From Yuukianura sp. NJ FZ-2021 (Eukaryota): a stretch of DNA of 50,881 nucleotides. The notes beneath the pieces are model-generated. The model was not told the origin of the DNA, did not search any database, and was given only the letters and a program-made list of their open reading frames with translations. Position numbers and translations under genes: made by a program. The first letter of the stretch is position 1. Every line of letters begins with the position of its first letter. Positions 12,716-22,900 of the stretch are shown here, in pieces. The stretch is from positions 310,001 to 360,881 of the forward strand of contig JAJCTO010000014.1 in assembly GCA_046563655.1 (NCBI GenBank), written 5' to 3'.

Positions 12716-13459
12716 TAAAAGCCGATGCAAACTTTTGAATCATTTAAAAAAAATTTCCCTCCTCACGAACTGAGGGGTTTTAGCGTTCAAAAGTTTAAAT
12801 TCTGAATGTGGAGAGAGGCGACTCTGCCATCGCTGTACTATGAGTCCTTCCTAGACGTGATCAAATTTCCGACAATTCCAAAAACAACACAAGTGTTAGC
12901 GGTCAAAGTTTGAAGTTACGGCCCCATGCAAACCGGGTAGAAACTTCGCTCACGTGGGGTTCTAAAACCCGATGCAAACTTTTGAATCATTTAAAAAAAT
13001 TTCCCTCCTCACGAACTGAAGGGTTTTAGCGTTCAAAAGTTTAAATTCTGAATGTGGAGAGAGGCGACTCTGCCATCGCTGTACTATGAGTCCTTCCTAG
13101 ACGTGATCAAATTTCCGACAATTCCAAAAACAACACAAGTGTTAGCGGTCAAAGTTTGAAGTTACGTCCCCATGCAAACCGGGTAGAAACTTCGCTCACG
13201 GGGGGTTCTAAAAGCCGATGCAAACTTTTGAATCATTTAAAAAAAAAATTCCCTCCTCACGAACTGAGGGGTTTTAGCGTTCAAAAGTTTAAATTCTGAA
13301 TGTGGAGAGAGGCGACTCTGCCATCGCTGTACTATGAGTCCTTCCTAGACGTGATCAAATTTCCGACAATTCCAAAAACAACACAAGTGTTAGCGGTCAA
13401 ATTTTGAAGTTACGGCCCCATGCAAACCGGGTAGAAACTTCGCTCACGTGGGGTTCTAA

Positions 13460-13943
13460 AGCCCAATTTATACTCGCGGTTTTGCCGGGAAATTTCCCTG
13501 GCAACGAATGGGGAACGCAATTTATACTTTTTTCCCTCAATGGCAAACCGTTTCCTGGGAGACGAGAGGGAAACGGATTTCTTGGGAAAACAATTTATGC
13601 TTTTCCGTAACTTTGTCTTCTCCTCTCATTTTCCAAAGTTGAACTCAATCCTACTTTTTTCCCGGGGAACGGCTGATTATCAGAGATTGACTGTCTGATT
13701 CAGAAAGTTACCAAGGCGATTTTCTACTTTTTTTTCTCTAGACTAACAAATTCCACACATTTTTCCTCTACCAATTTATACTTTCTCCAAGACAAAGGTC
13801 AAAGTTTGTGTTTGAAAATCACAGGGAAATTGCTCAGGAAGAGTTGACGTGAAAAGTATAAATTGGTAAAGGCCAAACAAATTCCCAACTCAACTTTTCC
13901 CAGCTTTTCTCCTCGGGAAAAGGAAAAAAGTATAAATTGGGCT
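13460..13943. mobile_element. MITE copy 2 (PIF/Harbinger-like), 484 bp
   Basis: Same TIRs, TAA TSD (13457-13459, 13944-13946), monomer position and orientation as copy 1. Confidence 0.93.
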
Positions 13944-16402
13944 TAAAAGCCGATGCAAACTTTTGAATCATTTAAAAAAAATTTCCCTCCTCACGAACTG
14001 AGGGGTTTTAGCGTTCAAAAGTTTAAATTCTGAATGTGGAGAGAGGCGTCTCTGCCATCGCTGTACTATGAATCCTTCCTAGACGTGATCAAATTTCCGA
14101 CAATTCCAAAAACAACACAAGTGTTAGCGGTCAAAGTTTGAAGTTACGGCCCCATGCAAACCGGGTAGAAACTTCGCTCACGGGGGTTCTAAAACCCGAT
14201 GCAAACTTTTGAATCATTTAAAAAAATTTCCCTCCTCACGAACTGAGGGGTTTTAGCGTTCAAAAGTTTAAATTCTGAATGTGGAGAGAGGCGACTCTGC
14301 CATCGCTGTACTATGAGTCCTTCCTAGACGTGATCAAATTTCCGACAATTCCAAAAACAACACAAGTGTTAGCGGTCAAAGTTTGAAGTTACGGCCCCAT
14401 GCAAACCGGGTAGAAACTTCGCTCACGTGGGGTTCTAAAAGCCGATGCAAACTTTTGAATCATTTAAAAAAATTCCCTCATCACGAACTGAAGGGTTTTA
14501 GCGTTCAAAAGTTTAAATTCTGAATGTGGAGAGAGGCGACTCTGCCATCGCTGTACTATGAGTCCTTCCTAGACGTGATCAAATTTCCGACAATTCCAAA
14601 AACAACACAAGTGTTAGCCGTCAAAGTTTGAAGTTATGGCCCCATGCAAACCGGGTAGAAACTTCGCTCACGTGGGGTTCTAAATACGATGCAAACTTTT
14701 GAATCATTTAAAAAAAATTCCCTCCTCACTGACTGAGGGGTTTTAGCGTTCAAAAGTTTAAATTCTGAATGTGGAGAGAGGCGACTCTGCCATCGCTGTA
14801 CTATGAGTCCTTCCTAGACGTGATCAAATTTCCGACAATTCCAAAAACAACACAAGTGTTAGCGGTCAAAGTTTGAAGTTACGGCCCCATGCAAACCGGG
14901 TAGAAACTTCGCTCACGGGGGTTCTAAAACCCGATGCAAACTTTTGAATCATTTAAAAAAATTCCCTTTTCACGAACTGAGGGGTTTTAGCGTTCAAATG
15001 TTTAAATTCTGAATGTGGAGAGAGGCGTCTCTGCCATCGCTGTACTATGAGTCCTTCCTAGACGTGATCAAATTTCCGACAATTCCAAAAACAACACAAG
15101 AGTTAGCGGTCAAAGTTTGAAGTTACGGCCCCATGCAAACCGGGTAGAAACTTCGCTCAAGGGTGGTTCTAAAAGGCGATGCAAACTTTTGAATCATTTA
15201 AAAAAATGTCCCTCCTCACGAACTGAGGGGTTTTAGCGTTCAAAAGTTTAAATTCTGAATGTGGAGAGAGACGACTCTGCCATCGCTGTACTATGAGTCC
15301 TTCCTAGACGTGATCAAATTTCCGACAATTCCAAAAACAACACAAGTGTTAGCGGTCAAAGTTTGAAGTTACGGCCCCATGCAAACCGGGTAGAAACTTC
15401 GCTCACGTGGGGTTCTAAAAGCCGATGCAAACTATTGAATCATTTAAAAAAGTTCCCTCCTCACGAACTGAAGGGTTTTAGCGTTCAAAAGTTTAAATTC
15501 TGAATGTGGAGAGAGGCGACTCTGCCATCGCTGTACTATGAGTCCTTCCTAGACGTGATCAAATTTCCGACAATTCCAAAAACAACACAAGTGTTAGCGG
15601 TCAAAGTTTGAAGTTACGTCCCCATGCAAACCGGGTAGAAACTTCGCTCACGGGGGGTTCTAAAAGCCGATGCAAACTTTTGAATCATTTAAAAAAAATT
15701 CCCTCCTCACGAACTGAGGGGTTTTAGCGTTCAAAAGTTTAAATTCTGAATGTGGAGAGAGGCGACTCTGCCATCGCTGTACTATGAGTCCTTCCTAGAC
15801 GTGATCAAATTTCCGACAATTCCAAAAACAACACAAGTGTTAGCGGTCAAAGTTTGAAGTTACGGCCCCATGCAAACCGGGTAGAAACTTCGCTCACGGG
15901 GGTTCTAAAACCCGATGCAAACTTTTGAATCATTTAAAAAAATTTCCCTCCTCACGAACTGAGGGGTTTTAGCGTTCAAAAGTTTAAATTCTGAATGTGG
16001 AGAGAGGCGACTCTGCCATCGCTGTACTATGAGTCCTTCCTAGACGTGATCAAATTTCCGACAATTCCAAAAACAACACAAGTGTTAGCGGTCAAAGTTT
16101 GAAGTTACGGCCCCATGCAAACCGGGTAGAAACTTCGCTCACGTGGGGTTCTAAAACCCGATGCAAACTTTTGAATCATTTAAAAAAAAATTTCCCTCCT
16201 CACGAACTGAAGGGTTTTAGCGTTCAAAAGTTTAAATTCTGAATGTGGAGAGAGGCGACTCTGCCATCGCTGTACTATGAGTCCTTCCTAGACGTGATCA
16301 AATTTCCTACAATTCCAAAAACAACACAAGTGTTAGCGGTCAAATTTTGAAGTTACGGCCCCATGCAAACCGGGTAGAAACTTCGCTCACGTGGGGTTCT
16401 AA

Positions 16403-16885
16403 AGCCCAATTTATACTCGCGGTTTTGCCGGGAAATTTCCCTGGCAACGAATGGGGAACGCAATTTATACTTTTTCCCTCAATGGCAAACCGTTTCCTGG
16501 GAGACGAGAGGGAAACGGATTTCTTGGGAAAACAATTTATGCTTTTCCGTAACTTTGTCTTCTCCTCTCATTTTCCAAAGTTGAACTCAATCCTACTTTT
16601 TTCCCGGGGAACGGCTGATTATCAGAGATTGACTGTCTGATTCAGAAAGTTACCAAGGCGATTTTCTACTTTTTTTTCTCTAGACTAACAAATTCCACAC
16701 ATTTTTCCTCTACCAATTTATACTTTCTCCAAGACAAAGGTCAAAGTTTGTGTTTGAAAATCACAGGGAAATTGCTCAGGAAGAGTTGACGTGAAAAGTA
16801 TAAATTGGTAAAGGCCAAACAAATTCCCAACTCAACTTTTCCCAGCTTTTCTCCTCGGGAAAAGGAAAAAAGTATAAATTGGGCT
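16403..16885. mobile_element. MITE copy 3 (PIF/Harbinger-like), 483 bp
   Basis: Same TIRs, TAA TSD (16400-16402, 16886-16888) and site. It matches copy 2 except for a one-base shorter T-run. Confidence 0.93.
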
Positions 16886-18004
16886 TAAAAGCCGATGCAA
16901 ACTTTTGAATCATTTAAAAAATTTCCCTCCTCACGAACTGAGGGGTTTTAGCGTTCAAAAGTTTAAATTCTGAATGTGGAGAGAGGCGACTCTGCCATCG
17001 CTGTACTATGAGTCCTTCCTAGACGTGATCAAATTTCCGACAATTCCAAAAACAACACAAGTGTTAGCGGTCAAAGTTTGAAGTTACGGCCCCATGCAAA
17101 CCGGGTAGAAACTTCGCTCACGGGGGGTTCTAAAACCCGATGCAAACTTTTGAATCATTTAAAAAAATTCCCTTCTCACGAACTGAGGGGTTTTAGCGTT
17201 CAAATGTTTAAATTCTGAATGTGGAGAGAGGCGTCTCTGCCATCGCTGTACTATGAGTCCTTCCTAGACGTGATCAAATTTCCGACAATTCCAAAAACAA
17301 CACAAGTGTTAGCGGTCAAAGTTTGAAGTTACGGCCCCATGCAAACCGGGTAGAAACTTCGCTCACGTGGGGTTCTAAAAGCCGATGCAAACTTTTGAAT
17401 CATTTAAAAAAAAAATTCCCTCCTCACGAACTGAGGTGTTTTAGCGTTCAAGAGTTTAAATTCTGAATGTGGAGAGAGGCGACTCTGCCATCGCTGTACT
17501 ATGAGTCCTTCCTAGACGTGATCAAATTTCCGACAATTCCAAAAACAACACAAGTGTTAGCGGTCAAAGTTTGAAGTTACGGCCCCATGAAAACCGGGTA
17601 GAAACTTCGCTCAAGGGGGTTCTAAAAGCCGATGCAAACTTTTGAATCATTTAAAAAAAATTTCCGTCCTCACGAACTGAAGGGTTTGAGCGTTCAAAAG
17701 TTTAAATTCTGAATGTGGAGAGAGGCGACTCTGCCATCGCTGTACTATGAGTCCTTCCTAGACGTGATCAAATTTCCGACAATTCCAAAACCAACACAAG
17801 TGTTAGCGGTCAAAGTTTGAAGTTACGTCCCCATGCAAACCGGGTAGAAACTTCGCTCAAGGGGTTTCTAAAAGCCGATGCAAACTTTTGAATCATTTAA
17901 AAAAAAATTTCCCTCCTCACGAACTGAGGGGTTTTAGCGTTCAAAAGTTTAAATTCTGAATGTGGAGAGAGGCGACTCTGCCATCGCTGTACTATGAGTC
18001 CTTC

Positions 18005-18165
18005 TGTCAGGTGCGGTAGCACCTGTGGTAAGGCCTATCAGTTAGCAAGGCTATAAAGCCTTGTGCACACCGTGCACACAAGAGAGATCAAACAGAAGCG
18101 AGTACGAGCGAGACCAATAAACACAAGTTAAGACCAAGCAATAGACCAAGTATCTGTTCTTAACA
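18005..18165 (+). repeat. 5' LTR (161 bp)
   Basis: TGTCAGG...CTTAACA, containing TATAAA (18052-18057) and AATAAA (18116-18121). Identical by eye to 19829-19989. Confidence 0.96.
18052..18057 (+). promoter_or_regulatory. Putative LTR TATA box
   Basis: TATAAA in the U3 position, about 60 bp upstream of AATAAA, which is the usual U3-R-U5 order. Confidence 0.55.
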
Positions 18166-18996
18166 ATGGTGCCGAAAGCCGGGATAAAGACGATAATTAC
18201 ATTATCGGAAGACTTCAATACCGTGGCGACCGCAAACTGCAACATGGGTAATGAAAATTATGTTGATAAAGCAACATTTATTGACCACACCAGAAGTCTC
18301 TTATCAAATACGGAAACCCACGAACCCTCCGAAGTGATACATCAATTAACCACTTGCAAGGTACAGTCGGACCAACCATTTCAAGTTATTATGCCAGAAA
18401 GTACCCGGAACAGCCAAGATGTAACGGAGCTCGTGCAATTCTGCACCCAAGACACAAGTGACTCACCGCAATCTCCTATTCCACCGGAAACCACGGCAGA
18501 AATTTTTAATCTCAATGACAAGGACTTTAAGGACAAACCGCGAAACCACGCGGAAGAACAAATTCCTTCACGAATTCTACATCAGCCACAACTTTCAGAG
18601 GATCCGCTTCCAGCCCCAAGCCTGGCTAGCAAAGATATGTATTTATCTCAATTAATTATTGAACAGAGTACAATCGGCCCGGAAACAATGATTGCGGACT
18701 CACAGAAACCACCAAACCAAGACAACATTAATTACTCCAATTTTCCTGAAGAGACAAAACGAAACCAGAGAAGTAGGATACTTGTAGGAATAATTGTCAG
18801 GAACATCAGGTTTTTTGTTATATTTATGCTTGGCATGGTGTTTGGATTTGTGAAAAATAGGACTAGTTCAGAAATTGAATTTTTCTGTGACTGGGGACAC
18901 AGAAGGTTACTGTTCCATTTGGAACTGAACAAAGTAGCACCTATTATTTACCATGACAAGCCCAAGATACACGGTACAAGAGTTAAGTACAAATAG
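18166..18996 (+). CDS. 276-aa ORF of unknown function in the LTR element. Acidic P/S/T/Q-rich, probably disordered N-terminus and a C-terminal hydrophobic, possibly transmembrane, segment
   Basis: This is the only long ORF in the window and is on the element's sense strand. Both ATG 18166 (ACAATGG) and ATG 18244 (AACATGG) have strong Kozak context. Hydrophobic ILVGIIVRNIRFFVIFMLGMVFGFV (aa 205-229) follows basic KRNQRSR. No domain was recognised. Confidence 0.6.
   Translation: MVPKAGIKTIITLSEDFNTVATANCNMGNENYVDKATFIDHTRSLLSNTETHEPSEVIHQLTTCKVQSDQPFQVIMPESTRNSQDVTELVQFCTQDTSDSPQSPIPPETTAEIFNLNDKDFKDKPRNHAEEQIPSRILHQPQLSEDPLPAPSLASKDMYLSQLIIEQSTIGPETMIADSQKPPNQDNINYSNFPEETKRNQRSRILVGIIVRNIRFFVIFMLGMVFGFVKNRTSSEIEFFCDWGHRRLLFHLELNKVAPIIYHDKPKIHGTRVKYK
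18167..18185 (+). promoter_or_regulatory. Primer-binding site complementary to the tRNA-Phe(GAA) 3' end
   Basis: TGGTGCCGAAAGCCGGGAT lies 1 nt after the 5' LTR. The complement of the metazoan cytosolic tRNA-Phe 3' end is TGGTGCCGAAACCCGGGAT, giving one mismatch at 18178. Confidence 0.88.
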
Positions 18997-19822
18997 GTAC
19001 GTTATATTTCAAGGCCGATTCCAACATAATGATCACGAAGCAAAATAGAATTTGACAAGGAATGAGAATTTCAGAGATTAATGGACGCAGTTTAACGATT
19101 ATGTTTTGAAAACACAGATTACAAACAAGAGACAGAAGACAACTTCAGTCGTAATATTTCAGTTTGCCTAGATTCAGAATTAACGATATTTTAACAAAGT
19201 TTTGTGACATGTTTTCTGAGTATAATATGCAGATCTGTTGAATACAAGGGTAAAAGTTCAACGATAACATTTTTCAGCAAACAAAAGGCAAAGCAGAGAC
19301 ATTTTGAAGATTTACGGATGAATATTTCAGTTTACCTGCAGTCAGGAGTTATGATGATTTTTAATGCATTTTAGAAATGGATTTTGGAAATGGATGTTAG
19401 GAACCCCAAGATGTAATTATTACCTATACTTTGAAGATTGTGTTTTATGTTTTTGCCTACATCAAGAATTTACTATATGTTAAATGCTTTTAAGCAAACA
19501 AAATGTTATGTACAGAAAATCTGAGAAATCAGATCGTGTTTGAATACTTTCGAAGGTAAAATGTAAGAATCAGCATGTAAAATATTTTTGAACATAAAGT
19601 GAAAATTTTAGAATTTCATGAAAGCTGTGCGACGACTGCATTTTGCAAAAAACCACTGACATAGAAGACGCATTGTGAAGATTTTAGAATACATATTTCA
19701 ATTTACCTTTAATTAAGTAGAATGTAATTAATTAAATAATATACTAAGCAGGACATGTTAACTATTACCTTAGAATAAGGATAAGCACACAATATGCTTC
19801 TCTTTTCCTTTTTTCGTTTGTT

Positions 19823-19828
19823 GGGGAG
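19823..19828 (+). promoter_or_regulatory. Short polypurine tract (plus-strand priming site)
   Basis: GGGGAG directly abuts the 3' LTR and is preceded by a T-rich tract (19797-19822). It is shorter than a typical PPT. Confidence 0.55.
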
Positions 19829-19989
19829 TGTCAGGTGCGGTAGCACCTGTGGTAAGGCCTATCAGTTAGCAAGGCTATAAAGCCTTGTGCACACCGTGCA
19901 CACAAGAGAGATCAAACAGAAGCGAGTACGAGCGAGACCAATAAACACAAGTTAAGACCAAGCAATAGACCAAGTATCTGTTCTTAACA
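19829..19989 (+). repeat. 3' LTR (161 bp)
   Basis: Identical to the 5' LTR and followed by the TSD CTTC. Confidence 0.96.
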
Positions 19990-22900
19990 CTTCCTAGACG
20001 TGCTCAAATTTCCGACAATTCCAAAAACAACACAAGTGATAGCGGTCAAAGTTTGAAGTTACGGCCCCATGCAAACCGGGTAGAAACTTCGCTCACGTGG
20101 GGTTCTAAAAGCCGATGCAAACTTTTGAATCATTTAAAAAAAAAAATTCCCTCCTCACGAACTGAGGGGTTTTAGCGTTCAAGAGTTTAAATTCTGAATG
20201 TGGAGAGAGGCGACTCTGCCATCGCTGTACTATGAGTCCTTCCTAGACGTGATCAAATTTCCGACAATTCCAAAAACAACACAAGTGTTAGCGGTCAAAG
20301 TTTGAAGTTACGGCCCCATGCAAACCGGGTAGAAACTTCGCTCACGTGGGGTTCTAAAAGCCGATGCAAACTTTTGAATCATTTAAAAAAAAATTCCCTC
20401 CTCACGAACTGAAGGGTTTTAGCGTTCAAAAGTTTAAATTCTGAATGTGGAGAGAGGCGACTCTGCCATCGCTGTACTATGAGTCCTTCCTAGACGTGAT
20501 CAAATTTCCGACAATTCCAAAAACAACACAAGTGTTAGCGGTCAAAGTTTGAAGTTACGGCCCCATGCAAACCGGGTAGAAACTTCGCTCACGTGGGGTT
20601 CTAAAAGCCGATGCAAACTTTTGAATCATTTAAAAAAATTCCCTCCTCACGAACTGAAGGGTTTTAGCGTTCAAAAGTTTAAATTCTGAATGTGGAGAGA
20701 GGCGACTCTGCCATCGCTGTACTATGAGTCCTTCCTAGACGTGATCAAATTTCCGACAATTCCAAAAACAACACAAGTGTTAGCGGTCAAAGTTTGAAGT
20801 TATGGCCCCATGCAAACCGGGTAGAAACTTCGCTCACGTGGGGTTCTAAATACGATGCAAACTTTTGAATCATTTAAAAAAATTCCCTTCTCACGAACTG
20901 AGGGGTTTTAGCGTTCAAAAGTTTAAATTCTGAATGTGGAGAGAGGCGACTCTGCCATCGCTGTACTATGAGTCCTTCCTAGACGTGATCAAATTTCCGA
21001 CAATTCCAAAAACAACACAAGTGTTAGCGGTCAAAGTTTGAAGTTACGGCCCCATGCAAACCGGGTAGAAACTTCGCTCACGGGGGGTTCTAAAACCCGA
21101 TGCAAACTTTTGAATCATTTAAAAAAATTCCCTCCTCACGAACTGAGGGGTTTTAGCGTTCAAAAGTTTAAATTCTGAATGTGGAGAGAGGCGACTCTGC
21201 CATCGCTGTACTATGAGTCCTTCCTAGACGTGATCAAATTTCCGACAATTCCAAAAACAACACAAGTGTTAGCGGTCAAAGTTTGAAGTTACGGCCCCAT
21301 GCAAACCGGGTAGAAACTTCGCTCACGTGGGGTTCTAAAAGCCGATGCAAACTTTTGAATCATTTAAAAAAATTCCCTCCTCACGAACTGAAGGGTTTTA
21401 GCGTTCAAAAGTTTAAATTCTGAATGTGGAGAGAGGCGACTCTGCCATCGCTGTACTATGAGTCCTTCCTAGACGTGATCAAATTTCCGACAATTCCAAA
21501 AACAACACAAGTGTTAGCGGTCAAAGTTTGAAGTTATGGCCCCATGCAAACCGGGTAGAAACTTCGCTCACGTGGGGTTCTAAATACGATGCAAACTTTT
21601 GAATCATTTAAAAAAAAATTCCCTCCTCACGAACTGAAGGGTTTTAGCGTTCAAAAGTTTAAATTCTGAATGTGGAGAGAGGCGACTCTGCCATCGCTGT
21701 ACTATGAGTCCTTCCTAGACGTGATCAAATTTCCGACAATTCCAAAAACAACACAAGTGTTAGCGGTCAAAGTTTGAAGTTACGGCCCCATGAAAACCGG
21801 GTAGAAACTTCGCTCAAGGGGGGTTCTAAAAGCCGATGCAAACTTTTGAATCATTTAAAAAAAATTTCCGTCCTCACGAACTGAAGGGTTTTAGCGTTCA
21901 AAAGTTTAAATTCTGAATGTGGAGAGAGGCGACTCTGCCATCGCTGTACTATGAGTCCTTCCTAGACGTGATCAAATTTCCGACAATTCCAAAAACAACA
22001 CAAGTGTTAGCGGTCAAAGTTTGAAGTTACGGCCCCATGCAAACCGGGTAGAAACTTCGCTCACGGGGGTTCTAAAACCCGATGCAAACTTTTGAATCAT
22101 TTAAAAAATTTCCCTCCTCACGAACTGAGGGGTTTTAGCGTTCAAAAGTTTAAATTCTGAATGTGGAGAGAGGCGACTCTGCCATCGCTGTACTATGAGT
22201 CCTTCCTAGACGTGATCAAATTTCCGACAATTCCAAAAACAACACAAGTGTTAGCGGTCAAAGTTTGAAGTTACGGCCCCATGCAAACCGGGTAGAAACT
22301 TCGCTCACGGGGGGTTCTAAAAGCCGATGCAAACTTTTGAATCATTTTTAAAAAAATTTCCCTCCTCACGAACTGAGGGGTTTTAGCGTTCAAAAGTTTA
22401 AATTCTGAATGTGGAGAGAGGCGACTCTGCCATCGCTGTACTATGAGTCCTTCCTAGACGTGATCAAATTTCCGACAATTCCAAAAACAACACAAGTGTT
22501 AGCGGTCAAAGTTTGAAGTTACGGCCCCATGCAAAACGGGTAGAAACTTCGCTCACGGGCGGTTCTAAAACCCGATGCAAACTTTTGAATCATTTAAAAA
22601 AAATTTCCCTCCTCACGAACTGAGGGGTTTTAGCGTTCAAAAGTTTAAATTCTGAATGTGGAGAGAGGCGACTCTGCCATCGCTGTACTATGAGTCCTTC
22701 CTAGACGTGATCAAATTTCCGACAATTCCAAAAACAACACAAGTGTTAGCGGTCAAAGTTTGAAGTTACGTCCCCATGCAAACCGGGTAGAAACTTCGCT
22801 CACGTGGGGTTCTAAATACGATGCAAACTTTTGAATCATTTAAAAAAATTCCCTTCTCACGAACTGAGGGGTTTTAGCGTTCAAAAGTTTAAATTCTGAA

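Larger units (their letters stand above)
18005..19989 (+). mobile_element. Complete non-autonomous LTR retrotransposon, 1,985 bp, probably Ty3/Gypsy-associated
   Basis: Two identical 161-bp TG...CA LTRs. A 4-bp TSD CTTC lies at 18001-18004 and 19990-19993 (empty site GAGTC-CTTC-CTAGACG). A PBS follows the 5' LTR and a short purine tract precedes the 3' LTR. No RT, IN, PR or Gag zinc-knuckle motifs were seen. The Gypsy assignment is inferred from the 4-bp TSD only. Confidence 0.95.

Noticed and set aside
12229..12717. TA-TSD (Tc1/mariner, Stowaway) classification of the MITE
   Set aside because: A TA duplication leaves asymmetric ends, whereas TAA gives perfect TIRs and restores the empty site exactly.
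12412..16640. Short ORFs overlapping the MITEs (12412-12618, 13404-13610, 16347-16640)
   Set aside because: They have non-ATG starts, two of them cross the satellite/MITE junction, their frames differ between near-identical copies, and there are no transposase motifs.
18757..18852. Retroviral Env (furin site plus fusion peptide) reading of KRNQRSR-ILVGII
   Set aside because: There is no signal peptide, no canonical R-X-K/R-R site, the protein is too short, and there is no second membrane anchor or Cys-rich ectodomain.
18051..18932. Small alternative-frame or antisense ORFs (18051-18245, 18458-18655, 18732-18932)
   Set aside because: They are short shadows of the 276-aa ORF with no recognisable features.
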